From IMG/VR virus record IMGVR_UViG_3300030433_002548, positions 5,251 to 69,250 of that record: a stretch of 64,000 bases of DNA; one strand, given 5' to 3'. This document shows, piece by piece, positions 36,842 through 46,694 of this stretch. Position 1 is the first letter of the stretch, and every line of letters begins with the position of its first letter. This DNA comes from a virus. Its lineage: Duplodnaviria > Caudoviricetes. The translations under genes and the position numbers were made by a program. The notes beneath the pieces were generated by a model. The model was not told the origin of the DNA. It was given only the letters and a program-made list of their open reading frames with translations, and ran no database searches.

Positions 36842-37201
36842 TCAACCCTCTCTATCACCAAGAACTAATACATTAACTGCGTCTGAACCTTCGTTGTAAA
36901 TCTGAATAGTATCATTATTACTATTCAGAGTGATAGGATATGCATTCTCAAAGAAATATGTATCCTCTGTTGAGATACCTAATCTTGCAATTCTTGTAAT
37001 AGAAGTTGCTGTCCCCGCACCGCCACCTGATGCCACAGGGACAACATGCACCTGCACATTAGCAGTATTGGACGAATCCAAACTATGAATCTCAAGTGCT
37101 CGGATATATGCGGTCTTTGCCGATCCAACAGTATACACTGATGCCGTTGTTCCAGCAGCAACCTGTGTAATACTTCCTAATCCTACCTGTGCAAGAGCCA
37201 T
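36842..37201 (-). CDS. Small beta-rich adaptor-like protein (type B)
   Basis: 119 aa; ...DTYFFENAYPITL...VNVLVLGDREG. Confidence 0.75.
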   Translation of the reverse strand: MALAQVGLGSITQVAAGTTASVYTVGSAKTAYIRALEIHSLDSSNTANVQVHVVPVASGGGAGTATSITRIARLGISTEDTYFFENAYPITLNSNNDTIQIYNEGSDAVNVLVLGDREG

Positions 37202-37223
37202 TGTATTCCCGTTTTAAATGTAT

Positions 37224-38000
37224 TTAGACGAAGAGCATTGCTTTAAGCACGTTGGTTCCCTCTGGGACACCAACATATGTAGTAGCAGTGATAACACCAG
37301 CAACAACATTATTTACAGTTACATCTGGTGTACCAGAAAGACCCGTTGCATTACCAGTTAGATTACCAGTGACATTACCAACAAAACTTCCTGCTGTTGC
37401 TACACCAGTGATATTAATACCACCAGCGCCAGTGATACCATAACCTACAGGAACTTCAGCACCAAATTGTAATTGAGGAGCACCAGTTCCTGCACTATTA
37501 GCAAGTCTTGCAGCACGAACTCTACTATTATTTGTTAATGTGCCAGGTGTCTGAACATCACTACCGATACCAAGAATATCAGCAATAAAGTCATCATCCT
37601 CAGCAACGATTAAATCAGCATCACCATCAACTGATACTGTCGCATATTGTGTATATGCTACGTCAGATGTTGTGCTCGGAACAGAAACAATAACTGTGCT
37701 TCCAATACCAAGAACAGCATCAGTGTAGTAAATTACTGACCCTGCACCCTCTTCTGCAAGTGCAGTTCCAAGTCCAGCACTTGCAACACCATCAAGGTTA
37801 GAACCATCACCATAGAAAGCAGTAGCACTGACGATACCGCTTGCTCCACCAATGGTAATTGCAGTTCCAACTAAAACTGTCCCATTAACATCTAACTTAG
37901 CGTCAGGTTGAGTGCTACCAATACCAACAAAATTATTAGTATTGTCAGCACTTAAACTATTTTGATTAGCTAATTTACCAAGGTTGCGTGCTCTTGTCAT
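37224..38000 (-). CDS. Fibre protein, fusion of type D and type A modules
   Basis: 258 aa; internal SRVRAARLANSAGTGAPQLQFGAEVPVGYG repeats the type-A N-terminus; ends NVLKAMLFV. Confidence 0.75.
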   Translation of the reverse strand: MTRARNLGKLANQNSLSADNTNNFVGIGSTQPDAKLDVNGTVLVGTAITIGGASGIVSATAFYGDGSNLDGVASAGLGTALAEEGAGSVIYYTDAVLGIGSTVIVSVPSTTSDVAYTQYATVSVDGDADLIVAEDDDFIADILGIGSDVQTPGTLTNNSRVRAARLANSAGTGAPQLQFGAEVPVGYGITGAGGINITGVATAGSFVGNVTGNLTGNATGLSGTPDVTVNNVVAGVITATTYVGVPEGTNVLKAMLFV

Positions 38001-38022
38001 CTTATGACTTTCTAGTTATTTA

Positions 38023-39063
38023 TCAATTTGGATATCGAATAACAACAATACCAGATCCACCATCACCACCAGTTGTAGCACCAGGGTGGAATCCACCACC
38101 TCCTCCACCACCAGTATTGGCAGTTCCAGGAACGCCTGCTGTTGGTGATGATCTACCAGCACCACCACCACCTGCTCCACCAGATCCAGCATCCACATTA
38201 TATCCACCACCGCCACCACCACCAGCAAACCATCCATCTCCAGATGGACCTGGTGTACCAATCGGTGAAGGATTACCTGCGATTAAGCACTGAACTCCGA
38301 CTCCACCATTTCCGCCGCTGACCGATGGGGCATCTTCTCCGACAGCACCGGCACCACCACCGCCGCCACCGCATCTATCTCCTGGGAACCGTCCATCTCC
38401 GCCAGCATAACCTTCTACTGGATTATATCCACCAGCATTTCCAGCACCACCAGTATAGTTTGGTGCATTAGGACCAGTGCGACCAGCACCACCTCCACCA
38501 GAACCACCAGGTCCACCATTAGTACCTGAACCCCAAGGGTTAGGTTGTTCACCAGGAGCACCACCTCCACCACCACCAGTGGCAATGATGATTCCTGTTC
38601 CTTCTAACTCATTTCTCTGAGGAGAGTTGGGATCGATAGATGAATTTCCTCCAGCAACTCCAGGCATCCCAGTTGGAGTGGCATACGCACCACCTGCCCC
38701 TACAACAACCGTCGTATTTCCTGGTTGTACATTTACTGGATCACCTGCTCTTGGATGTCCTGAGAGATTTGTTCTGAAACCTCCGGCACCACCACCGCCA
38801 CCATATTGAGCAGATCCACTACCACCACCAGCAACAACTAGATATTCAACTTCACCTCCACCTGAGGATACATTAAGAGTAGCAGGTCCCGTGGTCGTAA
38901 AAATATGAACTTTATATCCAGTAATCGTTAATGTACTGTCACCACCAGTAGCAGTGATCGGTGAATTAATAAGTGGTGGTGGTTCAGGAGCTACCGCATC
39001 GGTTCCACTACGAAAAAAGTCGTCAAAGAATGATTGTGTTGGATTAGTAGAACGTGCGCCCAT
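38023..39063 (-). CDS. Glycine-rich tip protein (type C), 346 aa, MGARSTNPTQSFFDDFFRSG...
   Basis: Start moved from 39330 to the ATG at 39063, which follows an ATAAATA promoter and the stop of 39083..40060. Confidence 0.8.
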   Translation of the reverse strand: MGARSTNPTQSFFDDFFRSGTDAVAPEPPPLINSPITATGGDSTLTITGYKVHIFTTTGPATLNVSSGGGEVEYLVVAGGGSGSAQYGGGGGAGGFRTNLSGHPRAGDPVNVQPGNTTVVVGAGGAYATPTGMPGVAGGNSSIDPNSPQRNELEGTGIIIATGGGGGGAPGEQPNPWGSGTNGGPGGSGGGGAGRTGPNAPNYTGGAGNAGGYNPVEGYAGGDGRFPGDRCGGGGGGAGAVGEDAPSVSGGNGGVGVQCLIAGNPSPIGTPGPSGDGWFAGGGGGGGYNVDAGSGGAGGGGAGRSSPTAGVPGTANTGGGGGGGFHPGATTGGDGGSGIVVIRYPN

Positions 39064-39082
39064 CTTATGATTTTTTAGATAT

Positions 39083-40060
39083 TTATGATTTTGTATACCA
39101 AACAATAACAATACCAGAACCACCAGGTAATCCACTGGGGTTGCCACTACCACCACCACCTCCGGTTCCATAAACTCCAGGTGTTTCTCCAGTTGCGTTC
39201 TGGGGATTTTGTCCGTGACCTCCACCACCAGCACCACCATTATCTGGACTAGGACCGTCTGCAAAATCAACGTGGCCGCCGCCACCACCTGCAAAATAAC
39301 CTTGAGGACCGACAGCAGCAGTCCATGCACTTCTTTCTGGTGCAGGAATTGCTGGTGCTAAAAGTGGAGCAGGTAAACTTGGTAATGCCCTACCAGCTCC
39401 ACCTTCTCCTCTCTTTGGTTCTTCAGGACCTGGGACAGATCCCGTGCTATATCCTGCTTCACCCCATCCACCACCACCGCCACCACCTGAGGTTCCAGGT
39501 GCAGGAGCTATCTGTCTTCCACCAGGATTTCCTTGCCCTGATGGAGATGCAGAACCGGCAGTGGTGCTTTGATTTGAATAGTTATTACCTCCACCACCAC
39601 CGGAACCACCATTACTACCATTAGCTTCAGTATTTCCACCAGCACCACCAGCAGTTGCAGTAATGACACTTGGTCCTATTGCGGAATTTTCACTATAATT
39701 GCCAACCGTGATTGGATAAGTGGTTCCTGCTACTATATTCAGAGCACTTTGTCTGATGGGTGATGGAACATCTGGATGGTTTGAATATGCACCACCAGCA
39801 CCACCTCCACCACCAGAGTTTGTTCCTGCGGTGCCACCACCCGCAACTACCAGATAGTATGCCGATACTGCAGTATTAGAAGTGAAGGTATCTGAGTTTG
39901 GATACGTAAAAACATGATATACATTATTTCCATCCTCTATTTTTGTCCCACCAGATGAAATTATTGGTGGTGGTGAGGGAGTTACCGCATCCTTTCCTGT
40001 TCTCGCATAAAAGTCATCAAATGCGGAGCGTATATTTCCTAGCGAACGAAGTGGTGCCAT
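39083..40060 (-). CDS. Glycine-rich tip protein (type C)
   Basis: 325 aa; SSGG..HVFTYP..YYLVVAGGG...GGSGIVIVWY. Confidence 0.8.
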   Translation of the reverse strand: MAPLRSLGNIRSAFDDFYARTGKDAVTPSPPPIISSGGTKIEDGNNVYHVFTYPNSDTFTSNTAVSAYYLVVAGGGTAGTNSGGGGGAGGAYSNHPDVPSPIRQSALNIVAGTTYPITVGNYSENSAIGPSVITATAGGAGGNTEANGSNGGSGGGGGNNYSNQSTTAGSASPSGQGNPGGRQIAPAPGTSGGGGGGGWGEAGYSTGSVPGPEEPKRGEGGAGRALPSLPAPLLAPAIPAPERSAWTAAVGPQGYFAGGGGGHVDFADGPSPDNGGAGGGGHGQNPQNATGETPGVYGTGGGGGSGNPSGLPGGSGIVIVWYTKS

Positions 40061-40077
40061 ATGACTTTTTTAGATAT

Positions 40078-41112
40078 TTAGGTTGGATATCTGATAACAA
40101 CGATACCGGATCCTCCATCACCACCATCTCTTCCACTGCCACCACCACCGCCTCCGGTATTTGCAGTACCATCTCCTCCATTTCTATCTTGCTTACCACC
40201 TAAACCACCACCACCTAAACCACCAGCTGAACCCCAATTTGCCGGTGCTGGGTCATTATTTCTCATACCAGCACCACCACCACCTCCACCAACTGCTAAT
40301 GGACTTCCAGGAATGGTTAAAGTAATACCATCACCGCCAGTGCCACCATAAACAGGATCTCCAGTTGAATTTCCTCCGGCACCAGTGAATCCACCACCAC
40401 CACCTCCACCTGAAGCGGATGGAGTGCTATTAAATGCACCTGCACCACCTGCTTTTCCTAATGGTCCTCCTGTTGATGTACCAGGTGGTCCATAATTATC
40501 ATCTGCTTGTCCACCTCCTCCACCAGAACCAGCATTATCTGTAGGAGCAGGACCACTGGCAACAGGTCCAGGAACTCCAGCATTATTATGACTTGGAATA
40601 GGATTGGGATGTGGATATCCAGCATTTCTAGATCCTCCACCACCGCCACCACCAACTGTTACACCGAGAGCACTGCTGACACCACCATTTCCGCCCAAAG
40701 CACCACCGTTTACTTCACCAGGGGCACCTCCACCACCAGCACCAATAACGATAGGATAAGTTTGAGCTGTTACTGTAATTGGAGATTTTCTTTGTGGTGA
40801 TGGGATTGCTGGATCCGTTGAGTAAACAGCACCAGCACCACCGCCACCACCTTCAGCATCAGCATCTGGTGGGGCATCTCCACATCCTCCACCGCCGCCA
40901 CCACCGACGATAAGGTATTCTACCTCTCCACCATTAGTAACAACAAAGTTGCCAGGACTGGTGAACGTATGAATAGTATAAATGCCAGATGTTGTTTTTG
41001 TTCCACCAGACGCAACTATGGATACTCGTGGGCCACCTACTGCCTCTAATCCAGTCGTTCCGAACTTATATCCGAAACTTGCTAGTGCGTTACCAAGAGA
41101 TCTTACGCCCAT
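40078..41112 (-). CDS. Glycine-rich tip protein (type C)
   Basis: 344 aa; ASGG..HTFTSPGNF..EYLIVGGGGGG...GGSGIVVIRY. Confidence 0.8.
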   Translation of the reverse strand: MGVRSLGNALASFGYKFGTTGLEAVGGPRVSIVASGGTKTTSGIYTIHTFTSPGNFVVTNGGEVEYLIVGGGGGGGCGDAPPDADAEGGGGGAGAVYSTDPAIPSPQRKSPITVTAQTYPIVIGAGGGGAPGEVNGGALGGNGGVSSALGVTVGGGGGGGSRNAGYPHPNPIPSHNNAGVPGPVASGPAPTDNAGSGGGGGQADDNYGPPGTSTGGPLGKAGGAGAFNSTPSASGGGGGGGFTGAGGNSTGDPVYGGTGGDGITLTIPGSPLAVGGGGGGAGMRNNDPAPANWGSAGGLGGGGLGGKQDRNGGDGTANTGGGGGGSGRDGGDGGSGIVVIRYPT

Positions 41113-41114
41113 AA

Positions 41115-41522
41115 TCAGACATCTGTGTCCCCGTTGACAATAAAGTTGACTGCAGAACCAATACCAGTTCCACCTGAATCTGGTGCTGCGATTTCTACTG
41201 ATAAACTATCTCTGTCTGTCATTACAATCGGATATGTTGATTCAAAAAATGCTGTTTCGTTTGGCGCGACATCTAGTCTCAGGAATCTGTTTGCCGTAAC
41301 ACCATATCCAAGAGCATTAGCATTTGCAGTATTTGGATTGATGAAAAGCGAAACTCTAGCAGTTCCTAATCCAGTGTTATGCATGATAACATTTTTGATG
41401 TAGGAAGTAGACGCAACACCTACACCACCAGCAGTTGGAGTCACTCCCACGGTAAAGATACCAACCGTGTTAATACCAGTAACGGATGTGATATCTAATA
41501 ACTGAGTCTTTTTGAGCGCCAT
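41115..41522 (-). CDS. Small beta-rich adaptor-like protein (type B)
   Basis: 135 aa; close paralogue of 53143..53559. Confidence 0.75.
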   Translation of the reverse strand: MALKKTQLLDITSVTGINTVGIFTVGVTPTAGGVGVASTSYIKNVIMHNTGLGTARVSLFINPNTANANALGYGVTANRFLRLDVAPNETAFFESTYPIVMTDRDSLSVEIAAPDSGGTGIGSAVNFIVNGDTDV

Positions 41523-41543
41523 TTTACTTTTTTCCTTTATTTA

Positions 41544-41966
41544 TCAGAGGAACAATGAGGCAGTGATATCATTAGAATCACCACTTGCAGGAAGATTGGT
41601 TAAGTCTGCACCAGAACCTTGGAATGATGCAGCAGTTACAATACCAGAAACGTTTACACCTAGTGCCGTGACAATACCAGCAAACTCTGCTTGTCCTGCT
41701 CCGGTGATGGTTCCACCAACACCAGAAGCACCAAACTCTACTCCACCTCTTGCAGTAACAATGCCAAGTGAGTCTACATTAGTTACATCATCATAAGTCA
41801 GAACACCACCAACAGTTAAGTTACCACCGATGGTAGCAGCACCACTTACATTGATACCTCCAGCACCAGTAATACCATAACCTACAGGTACTTCAGCACC
41901 AAAAGTTAGTGCGGGTGCCCCATCATTGGCTCTATTTGATATGTTATCGGCTCTTACCTTTGACAT
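41544..41966 (-). CDS. Short tail-fibre-like stalk (type A)
   Basis: 140 aa; MSKVRADNISN, YDDVTNVDSLGIVTAR, ends DITASLFL. Confidence 0.75.
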   Translation of the reverse strand: MSKVRADNISNRANDGAPALTFGAEVPVGYGITGAGGINVSGAATIGGNLTVGGVLTYDDVTNVDSLGIVTARGGVEFGASGVGGTITGAGQAEFAGIVTALGVNVSGIVTAASFQGSGADLTNLPASGDSNDITASLFL

Positions 41967-41991
41967 CTTATGGTAATTTTTTAGTTATTTA

Positions 41992-43032
41992 TCAAGTGAG
42001 ATAACGAACAATAACAATACCAGATCCACCATTACCACCAGTTCCCGCAGTGCTTGATGGAGGATTGGTTCCGGCACCACCACCACCTGAACCAGTGTTA
42101 GCGGATGCGTTAGTGCCATTACCACCAGGACCAGATCCACCAGGACCAGCACCTGCAAGTGGTCCACTAGGTAAAACAGAAGATCCAGTCCAAACACCAC
42201 CTGTTTCACCGTCATTACTAGCGCTACGTCCACCAGCACCACCACCTCCAGCATACATTACTGGTGATCCAGAGATTGTATAAGTAGCACCTACACCACC
42301 ATCTCCTCTTGGATTTCCTCCCCCAGCTTTACCAGCGGCTCCAGCTCCACCACCTCCACCTCCTTCTGAGTAAGGTTCGCCGGGGATACCAGCACCACCA
42401 GCATTACCCCATCCAATAGGAGGAGATACTTGATCAGTCCCTTGTGGATGTCCTGAAGCAGCTGTTCCTGGAACTGATGCTTTACCATTAGATCCACCAC
42501 CCGATGAACCACCAGGTCTTCCTGCATAGTTAGGTCCAGGTCCTGATCCACCACCACCACCTCCACCAGGAGATGTTTGATTAATAGGTAAAGGTGATGC
42601 ACCAAATACAGTGTTACCACCATCAGCACCAGTGTAACTTGCTCCTGGATGTGGTGCCCCTTGTCCACCAGAACCGATAGTAGCTGGGTATGTTCCAGGT
42701 TCTAATGGTAATCCTGTAAAATATTTAAGTGTTCCAGCACCACCACCGCCAGTAGCTCTACCATTATATCCACCAGATCCACCTGTGTAGTGATCTTTAC
42801 CACCACCACCGCCACCACCGACGATGAGAATATCAACAGTTCCAGATCCACTTGCAACAACCAAATTTCCTGGTGAAGTGAATGTGTGAATAGTATAAAC
42901 ACCTGAAGTAGTCTTGGTGCCACCACTTGCTTCAATTGATGCAGCACCACCGACTAAATTACTTCCAACACCTCCACCCAGTCCAAGCATTCCAAGGAGG
43001 GGCATTTCTTTTTTATGTTTTTCACCGAACAT
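41992..43032 (-). CDS. Glycine-rich tip protein (type C)
   Basis: 346 aa; KKEMPLLG N-terminus; ASGGTKTTSGVYTIHTFTSPG...GGSGIVIVRY. Confidence 0.8.
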   Translation of the reverse strand: MFGEKHKKEMPLLGMLGLGGGVGSNLVGGAASIEASGGTKTTSGVYTIHTFTSPGNLVVASGSGTVDILIVGGGGGGGKDHYTGGSGGYNGRATGGGGAGTLKYFTGLPLEPGTYPATIGSGGQGAPHPGASYTGADGGNTVFGASPLPINQTSPGGGGGGGSGPGPNYAGRPGGSSGGGSNGKASVPGTAASGHPQGTDQVSPPIGWGNAGGAGIPGEPYSEGGGGGGAGAAGKAGGGNPRGDGGVGATYTISGSPVMYAGGGGAGGRSASNDGETGGVWTGSSVLPSGPLAGAGPGGSGPGGNGTNASANTGSGGGGAGTNPPSSTAGTGGNGGSGIVIVRYLT

Positions 43033-43044
43033 ATCTACCTCCTA

Positions 43045-44046
43045 TCAAGCAAAGTTAGATGTATTTGCTAAAACATCGTAAGTTGCATCTGCTGTTTTAA
43101 TAATTTGATATACGTTTACATCAACACCAGAAGATTCTGCGGAACTTGGTGCGGATCCACCGCTCCAATATGTTGTGATACCAGTTGCTACTCCGTCGAT
43201 CGAAACCTTTGGAAAATATCCAGCATTATTTGGTTTGCTCAAAATCGTAACAGACATGGTATCACCTGTTGCCATGCTGGTGTTGATACCAGCAGTTGAT
43301 ATGATATTAGGAGTGGCTGTTGTAGTTTCGTTAGTTGTATAGTAATGAACCATTCCATTGTCAAGACTAACATTTGGAACGGCGCTTAACTTATTTGCGA
43401 CAATACTTACTCTCTCAATCAGTTCTGCATTATTAAAGTGAACACCACCAGTTGAGGTAATACGAAGTCTTTCTGCATCATCAGTTCTAAACTGCATCGA
43501 GTTATCACTGTGACCATATATGATGCGACCTTCATTAAAGTCATTATCACCAAAGTTCAATATAGAACTTCCTGTTGTACTGTTTGCCTTAATTGTAAAA
43601 AGTGTATTACTTTGTCCAGTAACCGCTTGAACGCGCATTACTTCTGCGGCGTCATTAAATGAATCAGTTCCAACACCAATACGACCAGTTGAATCTATAC
43701 GAAGTCTCTCACTACCAGCAGTTTCTACTGAAAATGTATCAGCGGCAGGGAATCTTATTGCTGTGTTAGTGTCTCCTGTATGGAAAATGGAGTCTGCGAT
43801 TGATACATCACTTCTTGCAGTGATGATACCAAGCGAATCAATATTAGTTACATCTTCGTATGTAAGAACACCACCAACTGTTACTGCTCCAGTGAAGTTA
43901 CCAGACGCTGCTGTAACAGCACCACCAACATTAATACCACCAGCACCAGTGATTCCAACACCAGCAACAACCTCAGCTCCAAAAGTCAGTTGAGGTGCTC
44001 CAGTCGCAGCATTATTTACAAATTTATCTGCTCTAATTCTGGACAT
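43045..44046 (-). CDS. Tail-fibre-like protein with extended C-terminal domain (type A')
   Basis: 333 aa; MSRIRADKFVN, YEDVTNIDSLGIITAR, ERLRIDSTGRIGVGT fibre repeats. Confidence 0.75.
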   Translation of the reverse strand: MSRIRADKFVNNAATGAPQLTFGAEVVAGVGITGAGGINVGGAVTAASGNFTGAVTVGGVLTYEDVTNIDSLGIITARSDVSIADSIFHTGDTNTAIRFPAADTFSVETAGSERLRIDSTGRIGVGTDSFNDAAEVMRVQAVTGQSNTLFTIKANSTTGSSILNFGDNDFNEGRIIYGHSDNSMQFRTDDAERLRITSTGGVHFNNAELIERVSIVANKLSAVPNVSLDNGMVHYYTTNETTTATPNIISTAGINTSMATGDTMSVTILSKPNNAGYFPKVSIDGVATGITTYWSGGSAPSSAESSGVDVNVYQIIKTADATYDVLANTSNFA

Positions 44047-44077
44047 TTTATAGTAATTTTTTAGTTATTTATGACAT

Positions 44078-44110
44078 AAAAAAGACCACTCAGTCTACTG
44101 ACTGGTGGTC
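44078..44110 (-). terminator. Intrinsic terminator after the oxygenase cluster
   Basis: GACCAC-CAGTC-agta-GACTG-a-GTGGTC-T6, followed by an ATAAATA late promoter at 44066-44072. Confidence 0.75.
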
Positions 44111-44641
44111 GGGAAGTTTTGGTAACAAATCAAATGAGATGATTGTTCTATGCTTTCTTACTTGGTTAGGATGTACAAAGTGTAAGGTATAAGATGGAGA
44201 GATAAAGATTGTTCCCTCCTTTACATTCTGAGGATAAGCAAGAGATGTAGTGTCACTTCTGGGATCTTGCCATGGTGCTACAAAACAGGTAGGAGTGTGA
44301 ACTTTAGGGTCAAACTCAACATAAAGAATGCCAGTAAATCCCCAGCTCCTGTGATTATGTATGGTCTGATGGTCACCCTTCTGATAACGAACTGCCCAGC
44401 AATCTGTCATACCGCAAGTGACTTGTGCTTCTTGCACAAACTCCCACAACTCATCTTTGATTAGATCTTGGAAGTAATGAAGATAGGATTTCTTATTCGT
44501 CTGCCTATCAGTCTCAAAGGTTTGTAGTTCATTTCTAATGAACTTTTCCTCCTTTATCCTTTTAAGTAATCCTTTCTTCTTGAACTCCCAGTCTTTAATC
44601 TGATATTGATAGGTAGGATATTCAAAAAGTGGTGCTTTCAT
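44090..44641 (-). CDS. 2OG-Fe(II) oxygenase (HxH type, TIGR02466-like)
   Basis: QTIHNH...FTGILYV...PSYTLHFVHPN...RTIISFD. Confidence 0.85.
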   Translation of the reverse strand: MKAPLFEYPTYQYQIKDWEFKKKGLLKRIKEEKFIRNELQTFETDRQTNKKSYLHYFQDLIKDELWEFVQEAQVTCGMTDCWAVRYQKGDHQTIHNHRSWGFTGILYVEFDPKVHTPTCFVAPWQDPRSDTTSLAYPQNVKEGTIFISPSYTLHFVHPNQVRKHRTIISFDLLPKLPDHQSVD

Positions 44642-45294
44642 AATTGTATAAAACTATCGTGTGATTTATGTAATTTTAAATCAAAGGCAATTGTAATTCT
44701 TGGTTTGAATGAATAATGTGGAGTTGTATAATGAAAAATGTAAGAAGGAAATAGAGTCATATCTCCAACTTTATTTTTGATGTCAATCACCTGAGGATCA
44801 TTTAATTGATTTATAGGTGACATGTATACAGTTGAAGTATCATTTACTTGGACATTAAAGTGTCCACTAAGATAACAATCTGGGTTTACTGAGTGATGAT
44901 GAGGTCTAATCTTTTGACCAAATCTTAAAACATTATACCAACACTGAATCCATAATACATTTGGTGTTTTATTACCACACTCATCATTAAAGTCGATTAC
45001 ACTTTTAGCAATGTTTGATTTTAATTTTTTTATTTCAGAATGATCCCATGTGAGAACATTATAAGATTGAAACTTTGCTGTAGTGGATCTCGAACCAAGT
45101 CCAGTATATCCATCAGATAATGTGTCATCTATGACAGTAGTAGGCAACTTCTTTACTTCTTTTTCTTTTAGTAGTAAAAACCCAGAAAGAGATCTGGTAT
45201 CAATACCTTCACATGTTGAAGTTCCAACTCTAAAATCCCACTGAGGGGCATATGGAGAAATTGGAGGTCCACTTAGAAACCTCTTAAACTTCAT
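44638..45294 (-). CDS. 2OG-Fe(II) oxygenase (HxH type, TIGR02466-like)
   Basis: IRPHHH...YLSGHF...FPSYIFHYT...RITIAFD. Confidence 0.85.
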   Translation of the reverse strand: MKFKRFLSGPPISPYAPQWDFRVGTSTCEGIDTRSLSGFLLLKEKEVKKLPTTVIDDTLSDGYTGLGSRSTTAKFQSYNVLTWDHSEIKKLKSNIAKSVIDFNDECGNKTPNVLWIQCWYNVLRFGQKIRPHHHSVNPDCYLSGHFNVQVNDTSTVYMSPINQLNDPQVIDIKNKVGDMTLFPSYIFHYTTPHYSFKPRITIAFDLKLHKSHDSFIQL

Positions 45295-46028
45295 CGTGCT
45301 CTATCCCATGCACAGTGTGCTCTTTGTCCATCTTGAAGAACATAATGGAAGAAGATTTGGTGGTAGTAAAGTTCAGTCTCTGAAGTCTTTTTACCAAACA
45401 GTTTTTTATTCTTCTTCTTATTTAATCCAGGCATGGCATCACGCCAGTGTGGACGTTCACATCCTTTATAAAGCAAACCATCACCGGGTTTCAGAACCAG
45501 GGAACGATTCTCACCAGGAACAAGAACAGTTGTCTTCTTCTTATCGGTGTAAGTATCTGGTGTCTTAATCCAGAAAGGCCAATCAGCATCCTTACCTTCT
45601 AAGTTGGTGCTGACATGAACTGATACAGAAATCTCACATGCATCACGATCAGCATGTCGTGTCAGTTCTTGTCCGGGATAGTAATACCGATCATAGTAAT
45701 AAGTGTTATACAACTTACGACCGATGATTTCCTCCAGTTTCATACGAATACCAGAGTGAATCGCACGATATTGTGGGTGCCAATAACGTGATGTAGAACC
45801 TTCTACCTGTTGCTCAACAGGAACATGATTAAAATGTTCGGGGTTCTTGTCCCAATAGTTATACTGACCTTTTTCTTCAGGAACTGGGTGATAAAGTTCT
45901 TCGGGATCCCAAAGGTCTTTAACTACCAGATATCCATCCTTTTCAAACTTTTCATTACGAGTCCAGGCAGTTCCTGAGTTAGTCCTCTCCTGCATCATCA
46001 GTTGCAGTTCCGTCATTTGTTCTGCCAT
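45291..46028 (-). CDS. 2OG-Fe(II) oxygenase (HxD type)
   Basis: LTRHADRDACEISVSV...GDGLLYKGCERPHWR. Confidence 0.85.
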   Translation of the reverse strand: MAEQMTELQLMMQERTNSGTAWTRNEKFEKDGYLVVKDLWDPEELYHPVPEEKGQYNYWDKNPEHFNHVPVEQQVEGSTSRYWHPQYRAIHSGIRMKLEEIIGRKLYNTYYYDRYYYPGQELTRHADRDACEISVSVHVSTNLEGKDADWPFWIKTPDTYTDKKKTTVLVPGENRSLVLKPGDGLLYKGCERPHWRDAMPGLNKKKNKKLFGKKTSETELYYHQIFFHYVLQDGQRAHCAWDRAR

Positions 46029-46036
46029 GTTCTACC

Positions 46037-46657
46037 TCACTTCCAACGGGGTCCAACAGTCCATCCAACGATAGACTTACGGGTTCCTTTTGTAACTTTC
46101 AGAACTCGGTGTTGTGTGCGGGAGTCAAACAATACAATCGTGCCACGCTTACGAGGAACAATATAACTGTTGCCTGCTTCATCCAGCAGTTGCACATTAC
46201 CACCCTCATAATCATCAGGGTCAGAGAGTTGCATCGCAAAAGACAGTTTACGAACCATCTCAATATTTTCATTCACAAAGTCCTGTCCCAGACCATCAGC
46301 ACGATTACCAACACTTACTGGTTTGTATTGTGTGGCAAGTCCTGCGTCATTGTGCCATCCGTAGAACTGACCTTCACCATATCGGGTGTATTGCATTGAT
46401 TCTCCATCAATACACCGCAGATCATACAGGAAGTTCTCACGGTTTGCACGTTGAATATAGTGCCACAAGAAACCACCGACCCAGTGAGTCGTTGGAATCC
46501 AGGCATTTTGTGAGTTCCTTTTCTCTAGATTGAGAGCATCCCCATGCAGTTTGGAGTCTCCCATTTGTTCGTCAAAAGTTTCAGATACGTCCCTCTCGAT
46601 GATATCTACAATATCTTCGGGCAGGTCGGTATAATACCAAACTGATTGAAATGCCAT
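46037..46657 (-). CDS. 2OG-Fe(II) oxygenase, prolyl-4-hydroxylase-like (HxD)
   Basis: YGWHND...RKLSFAMQLS...YEGG...LFDSRTQHRVLKVTKGTRKSIVGW. Confidence 0.9.
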   Translation of the reverse strand: MAFQSVWYYTDLPEDIVDIIERDVSETFDEQMGDSKLHGDALNLEKRNSQNAWIPTTHWVGGFLWHYIQRANRENFLYDLRCIDGESMQYTRYGEGQFYGWHNDAGLATQYKPVSVGNRADGLGQDFVNENIEMVRKLSFAMQLSDPDDYEGGNVQLLDEAGNSYIVPRKRGTIVLFDSRTQHRVLKVTKGTRKSIVGWTVGPRWK

Positions 46658-46694
46658 ATACCTATAATGTATTCAGGTCTATTATATATGATGC

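Noticed and set aside
39064-39330. N-terminal extension of track ORF 38023..39330
   Set aside because: Overlaps the 39083..40060 gene; a late promoter and a type C-like N-terminus place the start at 39063
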